A DNA stretch of 64,000 nucleotides from Felis catus. Its lineage: Eukaryota. The stretch lies in assembly GCF_018350175.1 (NCBI RefSeq), contig NC_058368.1:558001-622000 (forward strand), read 5' to 3'. A model generated the notes under the pieces. That model saw only the letters and a program-made list of their open reading frames with translations, had not been told where the DNA came from and ran no database searches. This document shows positions 24,965-38,199 of this stretch, piece by piece (the first letter of the stretch is position 1; each line of letters begins with the position of its first letter). Made by a program: the position numbers and the translations under genes.

Positions 24965-26450
24965 GTTTTCTTTTTTTAGAGTATAGTTGACTGTACACAA
25001 TATTAGTGTCAGGTGTACAACATAGTGATCTTACAAGTCTATCCATTCTGCTCTGCTCACTTGTGGCTTTCCCATCGGTCTCCAAACTATTACAATATCA
25101 TCAACTATATTCCCTGTGCTGCACCTTTCATCCCCATCCCCATGATTTATTCATTCCCTAACTGGAAGCCTGTTTTTCCCACTCCCCTTGACCCATTTTG
25201 TCCATCCCCCGACCCCTTCCCCTCTGGCAACCATCAGTTTATTCTCTGTATTTATAGGTCTGATTCTGCTTTTGGTTTATTTATTTAATTTTTTAGATTC
25301 CACATGAGTGAAATCATATGATACTCAGTCTGACTTATACCATCCAGGTCCATCCATGTGGTTGCAGATGGCAAGATCACATCCTTTTTATGGCTGTGTG
25401 ATATTCCTCTGTGTGTGTGTGATATTCCTCTGTGTGATATTCCTCTGACACACACACACACACACATCTTCCTTATCCATTTATTAATGTACACTTAGTT
25501 TGCTTCCATAAATTGGCTACTGTAAATAATGCTGCAATAAACATAGGGGCACATACATCTTTTCAAATTCAGGTCTTCGTTTTCTTTGGGTAAATACCCA
25601 GTAGTGGAATTACTGGATCATACAGTATTTCTATTTTAAACTTTTTTAGGAACCTCCGTACTGTTTCCACAGTGACTGCACCACTTTGCATTCCCATCAA
25701 CAGTGTACAAAAGGGTTCCTTCTTCCCCACATCCTCATTAACACTTTTTTGTCTTTTATTTCAGGCATTCTGACAGGTGTAAAGTGATATCTCCTTGTGG
25801 TTTTGATTTGCATTTCCCTGACAGTGATGATGAGCATCTTTTCATGTGTCATCAGTATGTCGTCTTTGGAAAAATGCATTCACATCCTCTGCCCATTTTT
25901 TAACTGGATTATTTGTTGTTTGGGTGTTGAGTCGTATAAGTTCTTCATATATTTTGGATATTAACACCTTATCAGATATATAATTTGCAAATACCTTCTC
26001 CCATTCAGTAAGTTGCCTTTTGTTTTGTTATTGGTTCTCTTTGCTGTGTGCAAATGCTGTGTGCAAAAGCTTTTTATTTTGGTGTAGTCCCAATAGTTTA
26101 TTTTTGCTTTTGTTTCTCTTGTCTTAGGAGACATATCTGGAAAAATGTTGCTATGTCCAATGTCGAAGAAAGTACCGCCTGTGTTCTCTTCAAGTACTTT
26201 TATAGTTTTAGGTCTCACATTTAGGTCTTTAATCCATTTTGAGTTTGTTTTTATGTATGGTATAAATAAGTGGCCCAGTTTCATTCTTTGCTGGTAGCTG
26301 TCCAGTTTTCCTAACGCCATTTATTGAAGAGACTATCTTTTCCCCATTGGATATTCTAGCCTCATTTGTCAAGATTAACTGACCGTATAAGTATGGGTTT
26401 ATTTCTGGGCTGTCTATTTGGTCCCATTGATCTGGGTGTCTATTTTTGTA
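24965..26450 (-). mobile_element. L1 3' fragment, sense to CENPJ
   Basis: ORF2 C-terminal peptides ([16 protein letters not shown]); internal (tgtgatattcctctg)x3 at ~25396-25448. Confidence 0.9.
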
Positions 26451-27737
26451 ACAAACTAATTCCTTCATCATGGTATAACCTCCATGCTGTTTTCTCTGAA
26501 TTCATGAAAAAGACTTTTTATAGTTTATTTGATCAAAACAGGGTCACATACAACACTTGATATATGTCTTAAATCTCAACCTTTAACAGTCCCTGCCCTG
26601 CCCCTTTTTAATGATAATTACTTATTAAAGGACCTGGGTCATTAACCATATAAAATTTCCCACACTCTGGAATTGGTTGACTGCTTTCCCATTATGGTGT
26701 CATCTAACATGTTCTCATATATCCTTATACTTCCTGGAAACAAACTAGTAGTCACATCTAGAGGTGTGATTAAATTCTGGTTGAATTATTCTGACAAGAA
26801 TACTCTCTAGGAACTGATGAGAGCTGCTTATAGCTACACATTCAGAAGGCAATCCCCTGCTGTCCTCATGAACTCAAGACCAACTGAGTCACATTAGTTA
26901 GATCTGCCATGAAGCCCCATCAACCTGTCATCCATGGGTTCATGGTTTTTCATGACTACTGCCCAGAACCTGTATTTCAATTAGAGATTGCAAAGTGATG
27001 ATTCTCAAGTTTTCTCATTCCTTTTCCATTTATTAGCTAGAATTCTTCTTAAAAAAAAAACACCTTTTCCTGTACCAACTCTGCTTTAGTATAACAAATT
27101 ATTTGGTGGGAAAGTCTACTATTGTTATTTTGTCCTTTCTCACTCCTCAAGACTAGCAGTGAATTTTGGCTTTATCATTTCAATTAAAATGGGTCAAATT
27201 AAGGTATTCAGAAAAGTAAATTTTCTATAAACCTGAGGAAAAACTACCTCATTCCCTCCCTGCTAACAAACCCTGTTTATGTCCCCTTCCCTTTTCATTC
27301 TTACTTCTAGCTGGAACACTAAGCCAGGCGATTTCCTGCTCAAAACCTTTCCTAAGCACAAGAATAAAACTGTGCAGCTAGAGATGGACAGAAAGGCTGC
27401 AGGAAGGATAAGGCCTAGAACAGAGGCTTTTAAAAAGTACCAAAGATTACAAAGGCTTTTTAGCTATGTTTAGAGAAAGAACAGAGTTTAAACAAAGAAC
27501 TGTATTCTCTCCTTTGCTGTATCCCTAAACTAGAAAGGGCAACTAAATGCCTGTGTGTGTCTAGCATTTTTAGGAGTACAAAGACTCAAGCTAAGGTCAC
27601 ACCCCAAGGAACTAAAGTTCGTAAGGTCCCTCAGTGGTCTTGAAGATCAATTATTTTAGAATCTGAAGTGTTCCAATTCTACTTTAACCTATACTTATTT
27701 CTTATAATATTCATTATTTAAAAAAAAAAAGTTTAAC

Positions 27738-27857
27738 CTTTCCATCAGGATGACTGATTTCTCCCTGGATTTCTTCTTTTTCCTCTTTTTTGTCATCCTT
27801 TTTATATTCGGGATTTGAAAGGTCCACTGATTCAGGGGGCTCCCTGGGTGAGGCAGT
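27738..27857 (-). CDS. CENPJ: CENPJ exon 13 ([20 protein letters not shown]...[10 protein letters not shown])
   Basis: 120 nt, phase 0-0, cttacAG/GTTAAA. Confidence 0.93.
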
Positions 27858-28006
27858 CTGTAAGGACAAAAGGCTCTCTTTCATCTGTCATAAAGGACAT
27901 GTAATAACATTTCAAGCAGCTAAAATTTACATTTATTTCCAAATGCCAGATTCTCCTATTATAGGATTTGACAGCTAGCATTTGGTGTTTATAAAAAACA
28001 TTTACA

Positions 28007-28220
28007 GGGCGACTGGGTGGCTTAGTCGGTTAAGCGTCTGACTTCGGCTCAGGTCATGATCTCACAGTTCTTGGGTTCAAGCCCCACATCGGGCTCTGTG
28101 CTGACAGCTTAGAGCCTGGAGCCTGCTTCAAATTCTATGCCTCCCTCTCTTTCTGCTCCTCCCCCACTCATGCTCTGTCTCTCTCTCCTTCAAAAATAAA
28201 TAAAAACATTAAAAAATAAA
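28007..28220 (+). mobile_element. Can-SINE
   Basis: TSD aaaaaacatttaca. Confidence 0.92.
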
Positions 28221-28342
28221 AAAAACATTTACAATGTTAGGTAAAAAACCTTTATAAATGGTTTAGAAACTTAAGTCAGTTAACTAAGCAGTTTCAAGCC
28301 TGAGTAATCTATGTTTAAATATATAAAAATATAGAGATTTAC

Positions 28343-28407
28343 TTGTCCCTTATCCAAATTGCCTAAGTCACGAGGAGGCACAGTCTTGGATCTTCGAGAT
28401 GGATTAC
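28343..28407 (-). CDS. CENPJ: CENPJ exon 12 ([22 protein letters not shown])
   Basis: 65 nt, phase 1-0, aacAG/GTAAAT. Confidence 0.93.
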
Positions 28408-29027
28408 CTGTTAGAATATAATTGTCGGAGTTAGTTTTCATATTTAATTGAAAGTTTTAAATTTACTTAATATTATGGTCAAATATTTCCTTAGTTCATA
28501 TCCTTTTGTGAACTACTATCCTTTACCCATTAGCTAAGGAAGTCTTAATATTTTTCTTTACTAATTCATAGGAGTTCATTATAGAACTTCAAATATTTAT
28601 TCAGGCACTTAAGTCCAGTGTGACCCAAGAAAGACAAGGACAATATCCATCTTCTGAGAATTTACAATCTGGAGGAACAGACAGGTGCTCAACTAACCTA
28701 ACAGATGAATCCAAAGGTATTTTGGAGCTAATCACAAGGACTTTAGTTAGAGGTTAGATGTAGGGTAGATATAATAGAGGCATCCAAGAATACATCTCAA
28801 ATTTTGCTTGACAAAATAACTGGGTATTAAAATCCAGACTTAATTGCTGTGGTTTAAACTGTTTAGGTTATGACCAGCACACCAATCATATACTATATTA
28901 GTAATACATACGTTATAGAATAAGTGTATACACATATACACACACTCACCAACAACAAATTAAGGTGAATTTTAAAAAATATACTGACATTCTAATATTT
29001 CTAATATTTTTTTCCTATGATGCCCAA

Positions 29028-29138
29028 GGGGAGGGTGGGTGATGGGCATTGAGGAGGGCACCTGTTGGGATGAGCACTGGGTGTTGTATGGAAAACAATG
29101 TGACAATAAATTTCATATTAAAAAACCCAAAAAAACCA
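29028..29138 (+). mobile_element. ~110 bp extreme 3' end of feline L1
   Basis: near identical to 53405-53487; atgcccaa on both flanks. Confidence 0.85.
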
Positions 29139-29509
29139 TGCCCAAAATTTGCAAGTTTGTTTCAAGTACATGCCACTGGATGCTACACAGAGAGCACACT
29201 AAAGAACAGAAGCAGAGTCCATTCAGGCAGCTGGCGGGCATCTGAGAAGGCTTGTGCAGTACCCAGGGAGACAGAAATGTTCTGACTACACTGTGTTAAA
29301 TCACTGATAGGTTCCAAAGAGCTGGGTTTCATATGGTTCAACCTAATTAATCAATTCAGAAACTATCAACATCAGAAGGATTAGTTTAGAGATCCCTGGG
29401 AGTGCATTTTGGCTTGGGCAAACGGGTAGATGGTAGATGGTTCTGGGGATGAGAGGAATGCTCTGTTTTGATGTGATAAACGAAGAACAATTGCCTGCAG
29501 CTTACTTAC

Positions 29510-29690
29510 ATGTGCAAAGTAAGCTCTGTTGGACCTCACTCCTAAATGTTTTAACCATCCTCCATAGAAAAGACTAATATCCCCATTTTAGAGGTAAGGA
29601 AAACGAGGCTGAGGTTAAATAACGTACCAAAGTTGTCAGCTAATAAAGCAAACCAGGATTCAATCCTATGAAGCTTAATTCTTCTCTCAA
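29510..29690. mobile_element. MIR
   Basis: atccccattttagaggtaaggaaaacgaggctgaggttaaataac core. Confidence 0.7.
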
Positions 29691-31529
29691 GCTGTTCATG
29701 AGCAGGAACTGGAAGCCTCTAAGCAGAGACCCACTGAGAGGACCAGGACACATGAGCAGGAAATGGAGCTCTGACTCCTGAGTCTGTGTTCACTACTTTG
29801 AGTATAAACATACCTTATAAAATTACATATCTTATAAAAGTTGGGACAGATTAAATTATTTAATAAACAGTGCTGGAATAGCTAGATATAGATAATATAG
29901 GAGGATAGGTTTATGACCGCAAGATAGGGAAGACTTAAGAGGCACCACCCGTAAAGTAAAAAAACTGAAATTCAACAACATGAAGTAAGAATCTTGGGAA
30001 TTGTGGGTAACTGTAAGGTACCATCAAGCCTCATGGCAGTATAAGTCATTCCTTTTTTCCTTCCCTTTTTAAACAACTAATTAGACATCTATAACCAAAT
30101 GAAAGTACCTCAGCACCTCATACCAAGGGATCTGGGAGCTTTCCTGCCCACATGGGCATCCAAAAATAGGACCTCAGTAAGGGATGCATATCCAAGGGAG
30201 TTAGTGAACCTGCCCGTCCCCATTCACCATGACTGGAAAAGAAACCCAGAGAGCACAAACCTTGGTGGATATCCACAGACAAAAGAGAATTTTCAGAAGT
30301 CTAGTCCACCCTGAGGGGTGATTCCAACATGCCACAGGAACAGGACAGCGATGAGTTTGGATGCAGAGAGGGAGGAACTTGCCAGAGCTGCTCCCCTCCC
30401 CAGGGAGACGCAGCACGCTAAGTTGTTTGGCAGTGGCAGTAACAACCTCTCCAAAGGAAGTGATAGCAAAGCAAAAGCAACAAGTGACTGCCCAGCTAGG
30501 CCAGTTACATGGGTTGTGGCTAAAGAAACATCTCTCTCCAACAGCACCCAGATCTCTGAGGAGAGACCTCCATGACTTGGAGAAGGAAAGAGAAAGGGAA
30601 GGAAGCATACTAGAATATCAAAGGTCATTACAGGAATGTTGTTCCTGCTGTCTGCTTCAGCACTTCAACATGAAGTCCACCCACAAGCCTCTGGTAGTAC
30701 CCCACTCGAGGATCTTCCCTCAGGCCCACAGGCACCCCCAAAGCCCAAGTGCTAAACCCACACCTCTCCTAACTCTGCTACCAGCTTCTTATGTGCCCTC
30801 CCAACTACAACCAAAGAGCAAGATTCAGTAAACAGGGAGCATGCTCAGAAAATAGGCCACAGTTGGTGAGCAGGGGAATAACTACAAATTTGGGCCATTT
30901 TACCACCTTCTGGAATACAGAAGAATGGTTTCTAACAGCTGGACTGGTGAACTGTAAAAACCAAAGAAATCATAAAAACTAAGAAGGTATCTGCTATTTC
31001 AAATGGGAAAGCAGAAGTCCATAGCTACAAACAGTATAAAAAATTAAGGAAACATGGCATCACAAAAAGAAACTAATAGGTTTCTAGCAACAAAACTCAA
31101 AGGCATGAAATACCGCATCTGATAAAGAATTCAAAATTGCTCTTGTGAAGAAATTCAACAAGTTACAAGAAAACTCAGACAATTCCATGATGTCATGGAA
31201 TAAAATTAATGAACAGGAGTTCTTTACAAAACAGACTGAAATTATAAACAAAAACCAAACAAATTCTGGACCTGAAGAATTCAACAAATGAGATGAAGAT
31301 GCAATAGAAAGCATCTGTAGCAGAGCAGAACACATGGAAGAGAAAATAAGTGACTTGGAGGACAGGAATATAGAAATAACAACAGAAGAGGCATAGGAAC
31401 TAAGATGAAGAAAGAGTGAGGAAAGCCAACAAGAGCTATGAGATTCCACCAGAGAGCCAAATATTGGAAGAATTGGGGTTCCACAAGAAGAGAAGGGACA
31501 GAGAGTTTATTTAAAGAAATCATAGCTGA

Positions 31530-31699
31530 GGAGTGCCTGGGTGGCTCAGTTGGTTAAACATCCAATCTTGGCTCAGGTCATGGTCTCATTGTTTGTGAGT
31601 TCAAGCCCCACATCAGGCTCTGTATTGACAGGTCAGAGCCTGGAGCCTGCTTCAGATTCTGAGTCTCCCTGTCTCTGTGGCCCTCCCCCACTTGTGCTT

Positions 31700-31731
<32 letters not shown>

Positions 31732-31768
31732 AGAAATAATAAATGAATAAACTTTAAAAAATAAAATA
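31530..31768 (+). mobile_element. Can-SINE in L1 ORF1
   Basis: TSD agaaat(c/a)atagctgag. Confidence 0.92.
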
Positions 31769-32319
31769 CAGAAATAATAGCTGAGAACCTGTCAAACATG
31801 GGCAAGGACTGGAACAAACAAGTCCATGAAACTAATAGGACACCCTATTACCTTAATGCAAGACCTTCTCCAAGATACATTATAATGAAACTGTCAAAAA
31901 TTAATCACAAAGAAGAATCTTAAAGGAAGCCAGGAGAAGAAAAAAAAAAAAAAAAGGTAACATACAAACCCTCCCCCCCCCCCCCCAAAAAAAAACCCAA
32001 GACAAACCAAATGAGGCTACCAGTGGATTTCTCAGCAGAAACTCTACAGGCCTGGAGACAGTGGAATGACATATTCAAAGTGATGAAAGATAAAAATTGC
32101 CAGCCAAGAATATTATATCCAGGAAAGTTATCCTTCAGATATGAAGGAGAAATAAAGGCTTTCTCAGATAAACAAAAGCAGAGGGAGTTTAATCACCTGC
32201 TGTGCAAGAAATGCTGAAAACAACTCTTCAAGCTGAAACAAAAAGATGCTAATCAGCATCATGAAAACATGTAAAAGCAAACAAACAACACAATGGTAAA
32301 GATGAAAAATTTATAATCA

Positions 32320-32552
32320 GGGGCGCCTGGGTGGCTCAGTCAGTTGAGCGTCCGACTTCGGCTCAGGTCATGATCTCACAGTTCGTAGGTTCGAGCCCCG
32401 CGTCGGGCTCTGTGCTGACAGCTCAGAGCCTGGAGCCTGCTTCCGATTCTGTGCCTCCCTCTCTCCCTCTGCCCCTCCCCGGCTCGTGCTCTGTCTCTCT
32501 GCCTCTCAAAAATAAAGAAACGTAATAAAAAAATTAAAAAAAAAAAAAGAAA
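32320..32552 (+). mobile_element. Can-SINE
   Basis: TSD gaaaaatttataatca. Confidence 0.93.
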
Positions 32553-34043
32553 GAAAAATTTATAATCAAATACAGAAAACTCCAAAACTACAATAAGATG
32601 GTATATTAACCACTTAACTATAGTATAAAGGTTAAAGGAAAAGAACATTAAATAACTATCACTCAGTGGTGAGAAGCTAAAAGTTTTTCTTTGGAGATTA
32701 GGAAAAAGACAAAGATGCCTACTTTTACCACTTTTATTCAACATAAAATTGGAAGTCCTAGCCACAGCCATTAGGCAAGAAAAATAAAAAGCATCCAAAT
32801 TTATCCAATTTGAATTAGAAGCAAAAGTTTCACTATTTGCAGATGACGTACTAAATATAGAAAACCCTAAAGACTCAACCAAAAAATCTATTAGAACTAA
32901 TAAATGTTGTTGTAAAGTTATAGGATACAAAAATTAACAAAGAAACCAGCTGAATTTCTATGCACTAATAACAAGCTATCAGAAAGAGAAATTTAAGAAA
33001 ACAATTCCATGTTACATCAACAAGAATAAAGTATCTAGGAATAAATTTATCCAAGGAGGTGAAAGACCTATAGTCTGAAAACTGTAAGACTGATAAAAGA
33101 AATTGAAGATGACACAAATAAATGGAAAGATACATTATACTTCCGGGAAGAATTAAAATGTTCATACTACCCAAAGCAATCTACAGATTCAGTGCAATCC
33201 CCATCAAAATACCAAAGACGTTTTTCACAAAACAAAGAATGCTAAAATTTGTATAGAACCACAAAAGACCCCAAATAGCCAAAGCAATCCTAAGAAAAAA
33301 GAACAAAGCTGGAGGCATCACAATTGCTGGTTTCAAACTATACTGCTAAACTAGAGTAATTAAAACAGTATGGTACTGGCATAAAAAAGGACACACAGAC
33401 CCATGGAATAGAACAGAAAGCCCAGAATTAAACCCTCACATATACAATCAGTTAATATTCAACAAAGGAGCCAAGAACACTCAACGAGGAAAGATAGTCT
33501 CTTCAACCAATGATGTGAAAACCGAACACATGCAGAAAAGTAAAATTGGATCTCTTTTTAGACCATTCATAAAATTAATTTGAAATGAATTAAAGACTTA
33601 AACATAAAACCTGATACCATAAAACTTCTAGAGGAGAACACGGAAGTAATCCCTTGACATTGGTCTTGGCAATGATTTCTTGGATATGACACCATAAGCA
33701 CAAGCAACAAAAGCAAAAATCAACAAATCAAAAATCAAAAGCTTCTGCACAACAAAAGAAACAATTGACAAAATGAAAAGGCAACACACAGAATGGGAGA
33801 AAACTTTTGCAGAGTTAATATCCAAAATACAGAAAAACTCATATAACTCAATAACAAAATAATGTAACTTAAAAATGGGCAAAGGAATTAAATAAGCATT
33901 TTTCCAAAGAAGACATACAAATGACCAACAGTACATGAAAAGATGTTCAACTTCACTAATCATCTAGGAACTGCAAATCAAAACCACAAGATATCACTTC
34001 ACACTTGCCAGAAAAGCTATCATCAAGAAGATGAGACCTAACA

Positions 34044-34277
34044 AGGGGCGCCTGGGTGGCGTAGTCGGTTAAGCGTCCGACTTCAGCCAGGTCACGATCT
34101 CGCGGTCTGTGAGTTCAAGCCCCGCGTCAGGCTCTGGGCTGATGGCTCGGAGCCTGGAGCCTGCTTCTGATTCTGTGTCTCCCTCTCTCTCTGCCCCTCC
34201 CCCGTTCATGCTCTCTCTCTCTCTCTCTGTCCCAAAAAATAAAAATAAAAGTTGAAAAAAAAATTAAAAAAAAAAAA
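34044..34277 (+). mobile_element. Young feline Can-SINE
   Basis: TSD aagaagatgagacctaacaag. Confidence 0.95.
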
Positions 34278-34920
34278 AAGAAGATGAGACCTAACAAGTA
34301 TTAGCAAGGATGTGGAGAAAAGGAAATCCTTATGCACTGTTGGTAGGCATATAAACTGGTTCATCCACTATGGAAGTTCCTCAAAAAAATAAAAATAGAT
34401 CTACCATATGATCCAGCAATGCCACTTCTGAGTACATACTCAAAGGAAATAAAAACAGGATATTGAAGCCTATGTTTACTGCAGCATTACTCACAATAGC
34501 CAAGATATGGAAACAACCTAAGTGCCCCTCAATGTATGAATAAAGATGTGATACAGATACACAACAGAGTATTATTTTGCCATGAGAAAGAAAGATATAC
34601 TGCTATTTGCAATAACATGGATGGACCTTGGGGACATTATGCTAAGTGAGGTAAGTCAGACACAGACAAATATTGTATGATATCACTTACAAGTGGAATC
34701 TAAAGAAGCCAAACTTGTAAAACAAGAGTGAAACCATGGTTACCAGGGAGGGGGAGTTTGGTGGATAGGGGAGATGTTGTTTAAAGGTACAAACTTGCAA
34801 CAAGTAGTAAATAAGTGCTAGAACAGTATAGTGAATATAGGTAATACTGTATTATAATGAACAATTTGGCTAAGAAACTAGATCTTAAACTCTTCAACCA
34901 TTAAAAAGATATAATAACTA

Positions 34921-35118
34921 GGTGTGCCTGGGTGGCTCAGTCGGTTAAGCGTCCAACTTCGGCTCAGGTCATGATCTCATGGTTGGTGGGTTCGAGCCCC
35001 ACATCAGGCTCTTTGCTGACAGCTCAGGGCCTAGAGCCTGCTATGGATTCTGTGTCTCCCTCTCTCTCTGCCCCTCCCCTGCTCACGCTCTCTCATAAAT
35101 AAATGAACGTTAAAAAAC
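34921..35118 (+). mobile_element. Can-SINE
   Basis: SINE body, flanking aaagatata. Confidence 0.9.
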
Positions 35119-35269
35119 TTTTTTTAAAGATATAATTATGGGATATGATAGAGGTATTAATTATCACTACACTGGCAATCATAATATATAAATACATATA
35201 TCAACATTATTATGTACCTTAAATTTATACAATGTTGTAGGTCAAATACATTTTCAATTAAAAAAAGGA

Positions 35270-37150
35270 AAACAGTTTTGGTTCACCAAAAGATACCATA
35301 AAGAGTAAAAAGGCAGGCCACAGACTGGAAGAAGATATTTGCAATGTGTGTAACTCTTAAATGATTACAACGGAGGGAGGGGAAATCCCCCCACAAACCA
35401 ATAACGAAAAAGACAACACCACAGAATGAGTAAAAGACCTGATCAATTTTTCTCATAGAGGGAATCTAAATAGGTAATAAACACAGGCAATGGTATTTAA
35501 CATATTTAGTAATCCCAGTAATGCAAATCAAAACTATGATGAGATAGTTTTCATCCATACCAGACTGGCAAAAATTGAAGTCTGACAATACCAAGTATCA
35601 ACAAGGTGTGGAGCAGTGCAAGCACTTACATTACTTTGCTGGTTAGGCAGTAAAATCATTTTGGAAAATATCTTGGCAAAATCTATGAGTGTTAAAGATA
35701 TTCTTACTGATTACCCAGTAATTGCAGTATGTGCCCTAGAGAAATGAATGTAACCAGAGACGTTTACGAATGTTCACAGCATCATTAACATCCCAAACTT
35801 AAAAAAAATTTAACCATCAACAGGTTAATTTTAATATATTCATAAACATTCAAACTGCCTTGCAGGAAAATTAGTGAACTAGAGTTGCAGATCAACATGA
35901 CTCTCAAAAACAATGTACAATAAAAGACAACAGAATACATACAGCATAACTATTCAGAAAGTTCAAAAAGCATTTTTTGTAGGACTGCACTTATAAGAGT
36001 AGAAACTACCCGGATAGGGAATGTAATATGATCATGGAGGTGAGAGCTCTGGGGTGCTGTTACTCTCTTTATCTTGCTGGTATTTATCCAAGTATTTCCT
36101 TTACAACCATCAAGCTGCATATGTTATATCCACTTTTATAAATTCAATTCATGAAAATAATTTCTAAAAATTCCTGGTAAATTAAAAATCTAGTTGTGAA
36201 AACAAAAGTTAATGAGAGAAAATATATATTTGTGACCTAAGGATTGAGAAGGATTTCTTAAAGTCATAAAAAAAGATGGATAAATTCCATATTAAAAGGA
36301 AAAACATATATATAAAAAACACAAACCGAAAGCTAAACCCAGACTGGGAAAAGATCATGGCAGTGTTTGTAACTGAGAAAGGATTGGTATGCAGAATAAC
36401 TTCAATAAAGAGAAGCCACTCCCTAAAAAGTTTTAAATGGGCAAAAGAAATGAACAGGCAATAAACAAAAGAGGAAACCCAAATGCCCATTAAATATACA
36501 AAAAGATGCTCACATGACCTTACCAGGAATCAGAGAAATGCATATTAAAATTACACTAACCCACCATTTCATGCCCATCTGACTGGCCACAGTCTTAAAG
36601 TCCAACCAGGTCAAGGGTTGGTAGGCACAAAAAGCATACTCTGCTGACAGCAAAAAAACTGGCAAAGCCACTTTGCAGAGCAAAGGGAAAATCTCCTCCA
36701 GTAGCACAAACCTGGTATGACCCAGCATCCTACTCTTGATATGTATCCTGGAGAAACTCACATGACAGATATTTTCTTCAGCCTTATTCATTCTATTGAC
36801 ACACTGGGGGAAAACATGAAGTCCATCGACAGGAAAACTCAATTGTGCAAATATACGTGGAATCTGTATAGCTATTAAAATCAACAAACTAGAGTTTTAT
36901 ATGTATTAATGTGGGTATCAAAATATTGAGAGAAAAAAGCAAATTGTAGAGGGATACATAGAAACAATACTATATTGATTTATGGACATAATGTAGTAAA
37001 AGAATGAAAAACAAGCAAAGGAATGTTGTCAGGGTGGAAGTAAGTTGGGGAGAATACATAGGGGCTTCAATGATATTTTACAATGTTTTACTTCTTATAT
37101 TAGGTGTAAATTCTCTATTCTTTAAATTCCTAATATATTTTGTAAAAATA
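35270..37150 (+). mobile_element. Ancient L1ME-like fragments (host of the 29990-35268 L1; left part ~29810-29985)
   Basis: degenerate ORF2-end motifs (gactggaagaagatatttgca, atgcaaatcaaaac). Confidence 0.65.
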
Positions 37151-37166
37151 TCATGCAACTTCTTAC

Positions 37167-37251
37167 CTTGTGTCGGCAAATGGTTTTTCTTGTATTTTTC
37201 TACCTGGGTTCCTGAAGAAATCTGACTCTTTTGTAATCGAACTGATGAATT
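37167..37251 (-). CDS. CENPJ: CENPJ exon 11 ([28 protein letters not shown])
   Basis: 85 nt, phase 0-1, tatAG/GTAAGA. Confidence 0.92.
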
Positions 37252-37462
37252 CTATAGTATGAGATAATTTTGAATATAAAATTAGTGCTTGTCTACATAT
37301 TAGTACAATGAATGAAACTAAAACTCAGCTTGCAAGGAGAATGGCTTAAGTTTGTTTATGTTGTTTTCATTTATCATCACTACAGGTCAGAGTGAACAAG
37401 CTATTATTTATGAATGTACTATACAGACACACACACAGACACACACACCACCTTTGGAAAAA

Positions 37463-38142
37463 CAGATGGCCCTGAACAACGCTGTGGGGGTTAGGGGCAC
37501 TGATCCCCGAAGCAGTTGAAAATCCATGTACAACTTTGGACTACCTCAAAATGTGACTACTAATAGCCTACTGTTGACGAGAAGCCTTACAAACAGTATA
37601 AACAGATTAGCACATATTTTTATGTCATATGTATTATACACCATATTCTTTTTTTTTTTTAAGTAGGCACCATACCCAGTGTGGAGCCCAGTGCAGGGCT
37701 TGAACTCAACCCTGAGATTAAGAGTCAGACGCTTAACTGAGTGAGCCACCCATGTGCCCTATGTATTGTATTCTTACAATAAAGTTAGCTAGAGAAAAGA
37801 AAATGTTAAGAAAGTCATACACTCAGGGGCACCTGAGTGGCTCAGTCGGTTGAGCCTTCGACTTCGGCTCAGGTAATGATCTCCTGGTTCATGAGTTGAA
37901 GCCCCACGTCAGGCTCAAAGTGTCAATGCAGTTGTCCCCCTCTCTCTCTGTCCCACCCCTGCTTGCACTCTCTCAAAAATATATAAAATGTTTAAAATAA
38001 ATAAAACTTTTTTTAAATTTAAAAAATGAAAAAAAATTGTACGGAAGAGAAAATATATTTACAGTGCTGTACCGTATTTATTGAAAAATTGTGTGCAAGT
38101 GGACCCACACAGCTCAAACCCATGTTGCTCAAGGGTCAACTG
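37463..38142 (-). mobile_element. Tigger2a-like DNA transposon (opposite orientation) with two nested SINEs (37649-37760 -, 37826-38030 +)
   Basis: reverse-complement homology to the other two copies; TIR ...gctcaagggtcaactg TA. Confidence 0.8.
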
Positions 38143-38199
38143 TATATTCATTCTTCAAGTGAGGGCATAACAGACAACATAAAATGAAAGTCTTCTGTA

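Larger units (their letters stand above)
29990..35268 (+). mobile_element. Old near-full-length L1 (putative 5'UTR, ORF1, internally deleted ORF2, 3'UTR) with four nested SINEs
   Basis: ORF1 peptide RLPVDFSAETLQAWRQWNDIFKVMK; ORF2 3' half from ~32660; A-tail at ~35260; 5' boundary approximate. Confidence 0.85.

Noticed and set aside
30099..30982. Cluster of overlapping 70-156 aa ORFs
   Set aside because: No recognisable domain or splice structure; lies directly upstream of L1 ORF1 and is best read as L1 5'UTR.
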